Shown here in pieces: positions 29,501-37,172 of a stretch of DNA of 64,000 bases. The notes under the pieces were generated by a model. That model saw only the letters and a program-made list of their open reading frames with translations, made no database searches and was not told where the DNA came from. Each line of letters begins with the position of its first letter. The stretch's first letter is position 1. The stretch is taken from IMG/VR virus record IMGVR_UViG_3300028571_000011; one strand, given 5' to 3'. Source of the DNA: a virus (taxonomy: Duplodnaviria; Heunggongvirae; Uroviricota; Caudoviricetes). The position numbers were made by a program, and so were the translations under genes.

Positions 29501-31026
29501 ACCCGCTCTACTGCCTTGCGAACTACACAGTGACAGCGTCACTTGGTGGTGAGAAGTCCAACAGCCACGTTCCGCCGACGAGCTTCAGGGATTGCACGTT
29601 TGGAAACATCGCTACTGGAACGGAGATGTTTGCACTCACGACCGCCAGCATGAAGGGCCGCATCTCGTTCCATAACTGCACAGTGGCTGCGAATACCTCA
29701 GGCGACATTGCTGAGGTATCTCGTCTGGTCAACATCGCTGACGCAGGGTCAGATGTCGACGTTTCATACACTGGCGGGCTGCTGGGAATGTTCAACTCAA
29801 GCCTCATTGAGAGCGCTGCAACGTTAGGACACTACAGCGTCACTGGTGCAGTCATCAACGCCACAGGAGGCGCTGCACTTGGACCAACGGTCGGGCGCAT
29901 GTTCATTACGGATTGCGTCATCGGTGCGTCAGCCTACACAGGAGGTACTGCACAGATGAAGGGTTGTCGTGCCACTGCTTCTGCGGTTGTGACCGGCGAC
30001 TCTGGAACGGTCTTCTCTGACTGCGACTTCTCGACAGCTGGTTCCTTCGGTGGAAGCTTCCTGCGTATGACCGACTGCCAGCTGGACCTCCTAGAAGGAC
30101 AGGCTGCAACTCCTCTCACCGGTCACGCGTCAATGACGAATGTGACGATCAAGAAGAACAACGGCAACGGTAACTCGAATACGGCGCTCCTTGTTCAGGC
30201 ATTGAACAGCAGTATCCGCAACGTGTCAGTCACATACACAGGTACCAGCACGAACACTGACGCCGTCATCGATGTTTCAGGTGTGGACCGCAGCAGAAGC
30301 GCGACAATCGAAGATGTCACTGTGACGATGGTCGGTCGAAAGAGTGCTATCGTCGATGCCCTCAACGTCAAGCACATAACGGTTGAGAACTGCGTCTATA
30401 ACTACGGCACAGATGTCAATGGCAGCTCGCCACTCATCTCCGTGGTGGGTGCTTTGTTTGCTTGTGTGAAGAACAACAAGGTCCTCCTCTCAGGCGACCC
30501 CACTGGTGGTGTCACGGCAAATCCATCGATTGTGGCGACCGACTGCATTCATACCGACATCAGTGGCAACAAAGTGTGGTGGCCAAACATCGCTGGAGCC
30601 ATCGGTACACTGGTGTCGATAACTGTGACGAACACCGCAGCTGGCCTTGGTCAGTGGTGCAATGTCGCTAACAATACTGTTGTTATGGAGGGCGCGAGCG
30701 GCATTGCATCCGCTGAGATGGATATCTTCGTTGGTGGTATCGCACTTGACCTGATGAAGTGTGTATCTGTCCATGACAACATCTTCGTGCTCGACAAACC
30801 AACGGCGACGACGAAGACTGTGACAATCACACTGGCACACGCCTCGACAGGTATGATCGCTGACAACACCCTGCGTGTGGTCAGTGGCGCCGCTGCCGAT
30901 GCGTCTTGCGTCATCCTTGCCACGGTTGCTACCGGAAATATCACCAACAACATCACAGGTGACATCAATAATAGCGCCGTGGATGCCGCCCTGACTGCGT
31001 TCAGCAACAACTTCAACAATACCTGA
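26560..31026 (+). CDS. Tail fibre/tailspike protein 2 with probable C-terminal right-handed beta-helix (1488 aa)
   Basis: Paralogous N-terminus; repeated short beta motifs with N/D ladders (VENC, VKNN, ISGN, VANN, VHDN, IADN, ITNN). Confidence 0.78.
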   Translation: MALKFGLRYKNADSTMDLNLRLRDVAEKGIVSGGVVAPGAGVREITITPFVCITADGGVVRSDATHSITPLVDGQKTYIVLRAKYNVMSSTTMSIQALSAAAYAGDPDIAWLHVIATVDLTVGGPYALIPAANVSYVERHAVDPQHRDQYRPHVATAATLATAAYLPPLADNRSGDLVYAMDTGSFYEWTGSAWVVADDGAITHRDTEHSNGVVGDSAANTLGTGAAGTDITINAVAGGSGYTVNGRYLTSVTPTTLAASTAGITRGLIQVAVDQTGTATASYRAALLGVLNLSQVQIVDISDGHPLGNFVLQTTLSTSVSWDGGQPFEYTIGERTRIFGADNKSYIDVIVTGVPANSTDTYTVSASANTDTSLLLCYAFWAGAVTLVYGKNKVPFGTTGDANISTAFKESVIDARDFDLHGNGVVSGGLSFAIAGPAVQFTGPPLVVYISGKRYAVPVEFGGSKGFTGIPLPANGTRYFYVDSAGVFQMNASLPADPFVLIAEATTVASVITSLIDRRNSIITLVKDYVTDYERDVVLRYASATRRLELNGQSNLIMSADGLEAKSGHIMSDGGSSLHFEDDVTIVTGTNLTATFGSAVVSGTGSLFLSECPAGTRLRFGSAPDGNVFDDNVYTVQSVASDTSMTLTGTYAGATSTDKIIQRPQFLGNAVDNNLSIAQPLSTTPSVISSIRDGQRAHRAGLGCLGINACPVTFDAGLNTVTIGTGEFFDFYGRRIVVSAPVVFTTGEITPLANGAYDVYWDSDLNGVGGFDLGGVRFGSTGVHGIVRWRRSLAFAVVNKAGGLLTAVSQCQLYATGSLCQSEFSIGSDAGTVATYGRNGNFATLKKALVFRSCYGGGFSSDIYTAPRQFAVYDQAAEVNDLIDFTSFEFNNSVAAAHLDGLHIYGAVTATTVSRSALRWGAVGVISTVPMLNFADQISSIRFSDLRFEYLGDEGADNDNCWLKNPGANMVVDNVSFSAVHPLYCLANYTVTASLGGEKSNSHVPPTSFRDCTFGNIATGTEMFALTTASMKGRISFHNCTVAANTSGDIAEVSRLVNIADAGSDVDVSYTGGLLGMFNSSLIESAATLGHYSVTGAVINATGGAALGPTVGRMFITDCVIGASAYTGGTAQMKGCRATASAVVTGDSGTVFSDCDFSTAGSFGGSFLRMTDCQLDLLEGQAATPLTGHASMTNVTIKKNNGNGNSNTALLVQALNSSIRNVSVTYTGTSTNTDAVIDVSGVDRSRSATIEDVTVTMVGRKSAIVDALNVKHITVENCVYNYGTDVNGSSPLISVVGALFACVKNNKVLLSGDPTGGVTANPSIVATDCIHTDISGNKVWWPNIAGAIGTLVSITVTNTAAGLGQWCNVANNTVVMEGASGIASAEMDIFVGGIALDLMKCVSVHDNIFVLDKPTATTKTVTITLAHASTGMIADNTLRVVSGAAADASCVILATVATGNITNNITGDINNSAVDAALTAFSNNFNNT

Positions 31027-31034
31027 GGTACACG

Positions 31035-31481
31035 ATGGCACTTGATTTTAATGGAAGACTACCGACCCGTGAGGATGCAGCAGCCAGAGTAGCTGAGTTG
31101 ACTGGGGAACGGGTGCAACGCCGCACCGTGTCTGATGCTGATGAGGTCCTGCGAAAGGTCAGCAGCATCAACGCAACGACGGCTAACTTGGCCAAGTCTG
31201 GCTTCACTTTCAATGGGGTGGAGCTTTCATCGTCACTTGAGTCTCAGGTCAGGTGGCTTGGTGCCTACAACAACAGAGCGTCTCTGACGTACCCATTCAC
31301 GATCATGTCGCTGGACGACAAGTCGACAGTTGACGTCCAATCGTCAGCTGACATTGAGGCACTGTACTTAGCTCTCTTCAATCATGTTCAGAGTGCAATC
31401 ACCTCTGGGGTTGACTTGAAGAAGCAGGTTATCAACGCCAGTTCCGTGGCGGACATGAAGAACATTGTGGACAACCGGTAA
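31035..31481 (+). CDS. DUF4376-like tail fibre assembly protein
   Basis: GFTFNG...SSLESQ...HVQSAITSGVDLKKQVINASSVADMKNI pattern; directly after the fibre gene. Confidence 0.65.
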   Translation: MALDFNGRLPTREDAAARVAELTGERVQRRTVSDADEVLRKVSSINATTANLAKSGFTFNGVELSSSLESQVRWLGAYNNRASLTYPFTIMSLDDKSTVDVQSSADIEALYLALFNHVQSAITSGVDLKKQVINASSVADMKNIVDNR

Positions 31482-31484
31482 AGG

Positions 31485-31838
31485 ATGAAGACTATGCCTT
31501 GGTGGAAGAAAGCCCTTATTGGAATCGGTGTGTTCGTGGTTGGTGTTCTAGCTGCCCTCGCTGCCGTGTTCGGTCGTGAGCAGCTGACACGTGGCGATGT
31601 GGCCAAACTCCAGAAGAAGGACGAGGCAGCCAAGGAGCGTGAGCTTGCTGCCATCGATAGGGAGCGGAAGCTCAAGACCGATGTCATCAACTTCCAGTTT
31701 GACGATAAAGCTGACGAGATCAAGATCACCCATGGTAAGATGGTTGACTCTGTCAAGAAGGATGCGAAGGATGAAGCCCCTAGTGATGCTGCTGGTATTG
31801 CCGCTGCTCTTCTCAGTGAGAGCAAGCGCGGAGTGTGA
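31485..31838 (+). CDS. Membrane protein with N-terminal TM helix (i-spanin-like)
   Basis: KKALIGIGVFVVGVLAALAAVFG followed by a charged helical region. Confidence 0.55.
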   Translation: MKTMPWWKKALIGIGVFVVGVLAALAAVFGREQLTRGDVAKLQKKDEAAKERELAAIDRERKLKTDVINFQFDDKADEIKITHGKMVDSVKKDAKDEAPSDAAGIAAALLSESKRGV

Positions 31839-32244
31839 TGGGGACAAGTGCTCTGTAGCTCTGAAGACTGGGGAGGTAGCTCCATTCGAAGGAGTCCTGC
31901 TAAGCAAGCCCCTTGCTTTTGAGACACTGGTCAAAGTCAGGGAGGCTCCTCTTCTTCTTGAACTTGAGAAGAAGCAGTGTACTGATCTGCTGAAGAATGA
32001 GGAACAGCGTTGTCTGTCGGTGGTGGTGGTTGAACAGAACCGCTACAGTTCCGCCAACGAAGCTTGGAACAGACTCCTCAAGGAAGAGCAGCAGCGAGCT
32101 AAGGATGCTGCAGTGAAAGCAGACCATGCAGAAGGTGAGAAGCTTCTGTGGGGCATTGGAGGCGTAGCAGCAGGTGCTGTGGCTGCTTTAGCTACTCTCT
32201 ACGTCGTGTCCATTGTTCAGGTGGACACGACACCCGGTCGTTGA
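31762..32244 (+). CDS. Exported protein with signal peptide and C-terminal TM helix (spanin-like)
   Basis: MRRMKPLVMLLVLPLLFSVRASA-EC, a coiled coil, then LLWGIGGVAAGAVAALATLYVVSIV; overlaps the previous gene by 77 nt. Confidence 0.55.
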   Translation: MRRMKPLVMLLVLPLLFSVRASAECDGDKCSVALKTGEVAPFEGVLLSKPLAFETLVKVREAPLLLELEKKQCTDLLKNEEQRCLSVVVVEQNRYSSANEAWNRLLKEEQQRAKDAAVKADHAEGEKLLWGIGGVAAGAVAALATLYVVSIVQVDTTPGR

Positions 32245-32697
32245 TCAAAGAGGCATTGAGTAGTCAACTGGCCACTTGATGGCGAACCTTGTGCTTGGTG
32301 TAATCACTTTTCTCCCAAAGTGGGACACAGCAATGAGGAACTCGTGGCCAATGCTCAAACCTGTTGTCCCTGCGTCGGTGACTTTGGCGTAGATCCCAGC
32401 CTCACCAAGACCAACACCTTGATATTCAAGGCCGTCCAGACTGGTGTAGATGCTCTCACGACCACGGGGGCTGACTATCGTTTCCACTACCGTGGACGAC
32501 AGGGGCAGGGGCTTGCGGAATGTCTCTGCCACCAAGGCCGTCAAAGCAGTATTGATCGGGTCTGCAAGAGCAGGTGTTACGACGTTATACCCTGAAGAAC
32601 CATAAGCAATGCTGACGATATCAAACTTGAGGTCGTCAGTGAGTATATCGTCAATCCTCAACCGGCCTACGTCGGTCAGTGCCATCAGAGTCGTCAT
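32245..32697 (-). CDS. Tail collar/fibre-attachment-like protein, paralogue of 23473..23904
   Basis: ALTDVGRLRI...FDIVSIAYGSSG...GLGEAGIYA...FLIAVSHF aligns by eye with the 23473 product. Confidence 0.6.
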   Translation of the reverse strand: MTTLMALTDVGRLRIDDILTDDLKFDIVSIAYGSSGYNVVTPALADPINTALTALVAETFRKPLPLSSTVVETIVSPRGRESIYTSLDGLEYQGVGLGEAGIYAKVTDAGTTGLSIGHEFLIAVSHFGRKVITPSTRFAIKWPVDYSMPL

Positions 32698-32700
32698 AGC

Positions 32701-32910
32701 TCACCCTTTGCCAAGGTCGGACAAGACTGCGCCAACAGCGCAGTTGGCACACAGGTACACGGGGTCCTCTGTTGTGAAGGCTGCTTCCATAGGAAGCACA
32801 ACCCCGCAGCCTTCACACTTTACTGGGCAGTCAATCACTGCTTGGTCTGGACCCAAGCAGCAATCTACAGAGCCACAGCTGCCATCGGGGTGGTCTTCGG
32901 TATGATTCAT
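32701..32910 (-). CDS. Small Cys-rich (Zn-binding) protein
   Basis: CEGC and CANC pairs; GTGA-type overlap. Confidence 0.55.
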   Translation of the reverse strand: MNHTEDHPDGSCGSVDCCLGPDQAVIDCPVKCEGCGVVLPMEAAFTTEDPVYLCANCAVGAVLSDLGKG

Positions 32911-33386
32911 GTGAGCAACCTGCCAGCAGGTGTCACACGCACTGCTTCTTTGCCGTCAGTGAGGGTGGTGTACAGTTCGATGAGCCCGTCAGCGATCAGC
33001 CCATCAGCAATGGACTGGCGAGCTTCGGTATCGCGTGGAAGACCAGACGACTTCCAGTGGCGGACGAAGAAGCGGAAGTTGATGTACCCGTCGGCGAATC
33101 GCTCTTCAGCCCGCAGGAGTTCCTCGATGAAGAGCTTCTGTGGCGAGCCACCCGGATGTACCAGTGTCTGCGGCACCTTCTTCTCGATGACCATCATGCC
33201 ATACTCGTCACCCTCTAGCGGGTGGAAGACACGAATGGTGATCTCCGATAGACGTACGAGAAGGTCAACGTTTGGAGATACTTCATAGTATTCGTCCCCA
33301 TCATCGTTGACACCTATTGTTGTGAGTAGCTGAATGCTCTTAGTCATGACACACGGTACACCCTTGCCGACCGATAGGTCAACCAC
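32907..33386 (-). CDS. Hypothetical protein (alternative start 33347)
   Basis: Follows the sigma gene; C-terminus resembles a winged helix. Confidence 0.6.
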   Translation of the reverse strand: MVDLSVGKGVPCVMTKSIQLLTTIGVNDDGDEYYEVSPNVDLLVRLSEITIRVFHPLEGDEYGMMVIEKKVPQTLVHPGGSPQKLFIEELLRAEERFADGYINFRFFVRHWKSSGLPRDTEARQSIADGLIADGLIELYTTLTDGKEAVRVTPAGRLLT

Positions 33387-34073
33387 TTAATCACTAGCCA
33401 ATACCATCAAACGCTTCTTCAAAGAACTCATTATTCTTTCTTCGTAAAGACGAACACTCTCTCTGGAGTGACCAACCATGAGACCAACTTCCTTCAGTGA
33501 GACGGGCTCCTCAGCAAGGAGTCTGTGTATGATGATTGCTTTGACGAGTTCAGCATCCCTGAGTCCGACAGTGACACTTTCACGCTTGTAGTCATTCCAG
33601 AAGGAGGACAGCACGCGTTCAAGCATCTCTTTGTTAGATGTTCTCTCAGCCGTTTCATCAGGCATCTCGATACCATCGTCAGCAACTAGGTCTTCAACAC
33701 AACGGCCTCCTTCACCGTCGTCAGCTGTGATGGGCTCGTGCAGCCGCACCATACGACCTCGGCCACCCGGTGATGTACCAGCCTTGTTCTCCTTACCACG
33801 GCGACGACCTACCACTGCTCTGATCCAGTAGATCGCGTAGGCGACAAGGGAGTCTGACTTCTCAGGGTTGAAACCCATGATGGCTCGGATGAGGCCGAAC
33901 ACGGCTTCATTCACCATATCATCATAGTCACTGGTTGAGTTGTGAAAGAACTTTTTGAGGGTGTAGTGGATGACCTGCATGTGGTCCACAACGAGTTTGT
34001 TTCTGGCTGCGATGTCACCGGACTGCGCCTTCCGGCACAATTCCATAACCTCGTTGCTCTTCTCGTCTGCCAT
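33387..34073 (-). CDS. Phage sigma-70 family RNA polymerase sigma factor
   Basis: Region 1.2/2 ARNKLVVDHMQVI, DDMVNEAVFGLIRAIMGFNP, LVAYAIYWIR; region 4 SLKEVGLMVGHSRESVRLYE. The ORF is open to 34163; start MADEK chosen. Confidence 0.9.
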   Translation of the reverse strand: MADEKSNEVMELCRKAQSGDIAARNKLVVDHMQVIHYTLKKFFHNSTSDYDDMVNEAVFGLIRAIMGFNPEKSDSLVAYAIYWIRAVVGRRRGKENKAGTSPGGRGRMVRLHEPITADDGEGGRCVEDLVADDGIEMPDETAERTSNKEMLERVLSSFWNDYKRESVTVGLRDAELVKAIIIHRLLAEEPVSLKEVGLMVGHSRESVRLYEERIMSSLKKRLMVLASD

Positions 34074-34107
34074 AGGGACCTTCGGGTGAACAGGCCGGTA
34101 CCCAAGA

Positions 34108-34170
34108 GTCATCTGCCGAACGATGTGTTTTGTCAAACCTTTGTTGCTGGGTGGTCGAAGCACCTTGACG
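34108..34170. promoter_or_regulatory. Divergent promoter region sigma / sliding clamp
   Basis: Minus strand TTGACA (34136-34131)-N17-GATGAC-T; plus strand TTGACG (34165-34170)-N17-CATAGT. Confidence 0.4.
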
Positions 34171-34220
34171 CGTCATGCTTCACAAGACATAGTCCAGCAC
34201 CCCAACGAGGTTCAAAGCAC

Positions 34221-35579
34221 ATGAAGTTTGAAGTAAAGAAGAAATTGCTCAGTGATGCCGTCAATGTGGTCAAGACCATGACTGACGCCCTAGCGGCGAC
34301 CGGTGCTGTGGCTGACTCGGTCCACGTCATCGCCGAGGGCAAGACACTCAAGCTCCGGTCGGTGGCTGGTCACCAGATCGTTGAGCGCACAATCCGAGAA
34401 GACATTGCTCTCACGGAGGAAGGCTCGGCACCAATCAACCCCCTGAGCCTCCAGTCGGCGCTCAAGGTCGGTGGTGACAAGTTCACGGCTGCTATCGATG
34501 GAGACTACCTGTCCTTCATCTGCGGTCGATCGAAGGGACGCATCGAGGTCATGACTGTGTCTGCCCAGAGCGACAACAGTCTGGATACGGCACCCAAGGC
34601 TCTGATCAATGTGCCGGGATTCAAGAGCATGCTTCGGGCGATGTCCCTGAAGACCAGTGGTTCTTCGAATGACCGCGCTCTGCATGTTGATGCCAAGAAG
34701 CGCACCGTTCGTGGTGAGGCCACAGACTCATACCGTGGTGTCACCGTCACTGCGCCCATCGGTGGTGACGAGAAGATTGCCAAGGGCGGTTCCTTCAGCA
34801 TCCCAGCGAAGACCCTCGACACCTTGGCCAACCTCATCGATGACTCTGCCTTGATTGGCTTCGACGAGAACTTCTTCTCGGTCAGGGCTCCGGGTCTGTT
34901 CATCTGTATGCCTCAGGCATCAACGCCACCCATCGACATCGCTGGTGACATGGGTGGAATGATTGCCGATGCTCAGGTGCGCGGTACCTTCGTCGTCTCC
35001 CTGAAGGAGGTCATCGAGTCGATCACCGACGCGCTCTCTTTGTCGTCTGACAAGGACGGGTCGAACTTCACAGTCATCCTGTCGCCTGAAGGCGGTCAGA
35101 TGACTGGTGGGACGGAGAACAACTCCGTGATCGTGGACTTCAAGATCGAGTCCACTGATGCAACGAGCCGCCTGAAGGTCCAGACGTCACCCACCCTGCT
35201 GCTTGAAGCTCTCAAGTCGTACCGTGTGGTCGATCAGGTGTCCATCGCTGTCTACGACGGCTTGTTCACGATTGACCTCCCAGAAGCGACTGGGATGCTT
35301 CACCGTCAGCAGTTCATCCTGCCTGTGTCCTCTGTGGTCGAAGAGGCGCTCAACCAGCGCCGCGTCGCCCCAGCAAAGGTTGAAGCCAAGGAAGAGGAAG
35401 AGGCGAAGCCTGCCAAGAAGGCCAAGGCTGTGAAACCAGTGGCACCTCCTCCTGACGAAGAGGACGACGAACCCGCCCCACCGAAGAAGGTGACCCGTAC
35501 TCCCCTTCCCGTCGAAGAGCCGATTGAAGCAGTCGACGACGAAGATGAAGACGAAGAGACCTTCGACGACGACGAGTGA
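34221..35579 (+). CDS. dnaN: DNA sliding clamp (beta-clamp-like) with a long Pro/Lys/acidic tail
   Basis: MKFEVKKKLLSDAVNVV start, ~370-aa three-domain pattern, EATDSYR (ATDxxR-like), FSIPAKTL, SPTLLLEALK; GAGG Shine-Dalgarno. Confidence 0.78.
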   Translation: MKFEVKKKLLSDAVNVVKTMTDALAATGAVADSVHVIAEGKTLKLRSVAGHQIVERTIREDIALTEEGSAPINPLSLQSALKVGGDKFTAAIDGDYLSFICGRSKGRIEVMTVSAQSDNSLDTAPKALINVPGFKSMLRAMSLKTSGSSNDRALHVDAKKRTVRGEATDSYRGVTVTAPIGGDEKIAKGGSFSIPAKTLDTLANLIDDSALIGFDENFFSVRAPGLFICMPQASTPPIDIAGDMGGMIADAQVRGTFVVSLKEVIESITDALSLSSDKDGSNFTVILSPEGGQMTGGTENNSVIVDFKIESTDATSRLKVQTSPTLLLEALKSYRVVDQVSIAVYDGLFTIDLPEATGMLHRQQFILPVSSVVEEALNQRRVAPAKVEAKEEEEAKPAKKAKAVKPVAPPPDEEDDEPAPPKKVTRTPLPVEEPIEAVDDEDEDEETFDDDE

Positions 35580-35594
35580 TTGACACTACACAAA

Positions 35595-35628
35595 TACAGA
35601 CGATTAGCTTCGAAGCTAATCGTCTGTA
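35595..35628. repeat. Perfect 34-bp palindrome
   Basis: tacagacgattagcttc|gaagctaatcgtctgta, between the clamp stop and the ATG at 35635. Confidence 0.9.
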
Positions 35629-35634
35629 ATTGCT

Positions 35635-36141
35635 ATGAAGGATTTGATGACACTGCCCAACCGATATCTCACGCCTCAGCTATGGGCCAGCTTCACTGCT
35701 GACATCATCCACAGTTCGAGCGCTGACGGAACGCATTCAACGCTGGAGCCAGAAACCGTCTACTCGCCAGTGGTGAATGTCCCGCTGTTCGTCGCCTACC
35801 GCACATCTGACCGCGAGAAGCGTTTGGAGTCTGACCTTCAGACGAAGGTCGTCACTGAGGGCGACTGGGGCGTGCTGCACGAGGTAACAGGCGGTGGCAG
35901 CCATGTGGGCTTCGTCCTAGAGGTGAAGCCCGGACACTTCGCTGGTGCTGTCAGTCTACCGGACTCTGTGCACTTCCTGCACCGTCAGTCTATCGTTGAC
36001 GCCCCAGCCAAGAGCGTCCACAATCACCGGATGCTGAAGGTCATGTCCTTCGACAAAGACCTGTACGTCGTGACCAAGACGCGCTGGTTCAGGAATCGAA
36101 ACAACCCCAAGTTCCTCGGCTTCAGTAAGGACGAGCGATGA
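35635..36141 (+). CDS. Hypothetical protein (168 aa)
   Basis: Protein-like ORF, ATGA-coupled downstream. Confidence 0.65.
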   Translation: MKDLMTLPNRYLTPQLWASFTADIIHSSSADGTHSTLEPETVYSPVVNVPLFVAYRTSDREKRLESDLQTKVVTEGDWGVLHEVTGGGSHVGFVLEVKPGHFAGAVSLPDSVHFLHRQSIVDAPAKSVHNHRMLKVMSFDKDLYVVTKTRWFRNRNNPKFLGFSKDER

Positions 36142-36776
36142 GCATCTACGAGGTCGATCAGGTGGAGCGCGATAGACTCACCCTGTCCGATAAGACAAAC
36201 ATTGTGGCCACCCTCAGGGAGAGCCCACTCCTTCACCAGCTTATCAAGAGCTTCAGAACCAGCAAGCGCTACGCAATCGATGAAGGCGCAATCACGGATG
36301 AGATTCAAGAGATCTTGTCTGTCACAGCTGTGAAAGCCTTCCGGCTGGAAGGTGTGCAGGGTCTGAAGGACGCTGTCGGCTACCGGTTCGGGCTCAATGG
36401 TGGTAGAGACCGCTTGGTTAGAATCAACCGGGAACTACGCGGTGTACTCACGTTGACACAACGCATCTGGCGGACTGGGCTGACATTCATCCGTTCTCAG
36501 CCAGAGACGGTCGGTGTGACGGTGAAGGCCCTTGAGGATATTGCTGCCATCACCCTCATTGAGATTCACGATACCATCTGCGTTTGTGACCGTCTGATGT
36601 CGGATACCAAGGAAGCCTTGACCAACATGGACGATAGAACCAAGCTTCTGGACTCGTGGTTTTCCCTTCATAAGCAGTACACATTTCTCACTCTCAGCAA
36701 AGGACCGAAAGACGATGGCGACCAAGAAAGCAATCTCGGTAGGCGCTCCAGACAAGCGCAAGCTGAAGACCGATAA
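36138..36776 (+). CDS. Hypothetical helical protein (212 aa)
   Basis: ATGA-coupled; operonic position. Confidence 0.7.
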   Translation: MSIYEVDQVERDRLTLSDKTNIVATLRESPLLHQLIKSFRTSKRYAIDEGAITDEIQEILSVTAVKAFRLEGVQGLKDAVGYRFGLNGGRDRLVRINRELRGVLTLTQRIWRTGLTFIRSQPETVGVTVKALEDIAAITLIEIHDTICVCDRLMSDTKEALTNMDDRTKLLDSWFSLHKQYTFLTLSKGPKDDGDQESNLGRRSRQAQAEDR

Positions 36777-37119
36777 CCCCTACTACACAAGGGCTGCCAC
36801 TATCATCAACAGCGGTCTCCTTCGGACGAAGGCCATCGTTGATGCCACCACGGACAAGTGGCGTCCTCAGATCGACGTCAATAACATCGACGAAGACGAG
36901 GTCGTCATCGATGATGATTCATTGGGGGAGATCACGGCTCTGGCTGAGATTCTCGTTGATTCGTATCTCATCCGCGAGTTCTGCATCCAAATCTATGATG
37001 TCCCAGAAGCCGTTGTTGACCAGATTGTGCAACAGCGGCTTTTGATGCAACTTGGACCAAAGCAGCAACTGACTGAACGCAGCCGTGGTCACGTCGCGGT
37101 CGGTAAGAAGAAGACTTGA
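36715..37119 (+). CDS. Hypothetical protein (134 aa)
   Basis: Codon-biased ORF before the tail hub gene. Confidence 0.6.
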   Translation: MATKKAISVGAPDKRKLKTDNPYYTRAATIINSGLLRTKAIVDATTDKWRPQIDVNNIDEDEVVIDDDSLGEITALAEILVDSYLIREFCIQIYDVPEAVVDQIVQQRLLMQLGPKQQLTERSRGHVAVGKKKT

Positions 37120-37172
37120 AGAGGCTGACCCTCTCATAAACAGAGCCGTAGCTCGGAACCTGAGAACAGGAG

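Noticed and set aside
33942-34220. 93-aa N-terminal extension of the clamp in the ORF track
   Set aside because: Overlaps the sigma gene antisense; a Shine-Dalgarno and clamp-like sequence begin at 34221.
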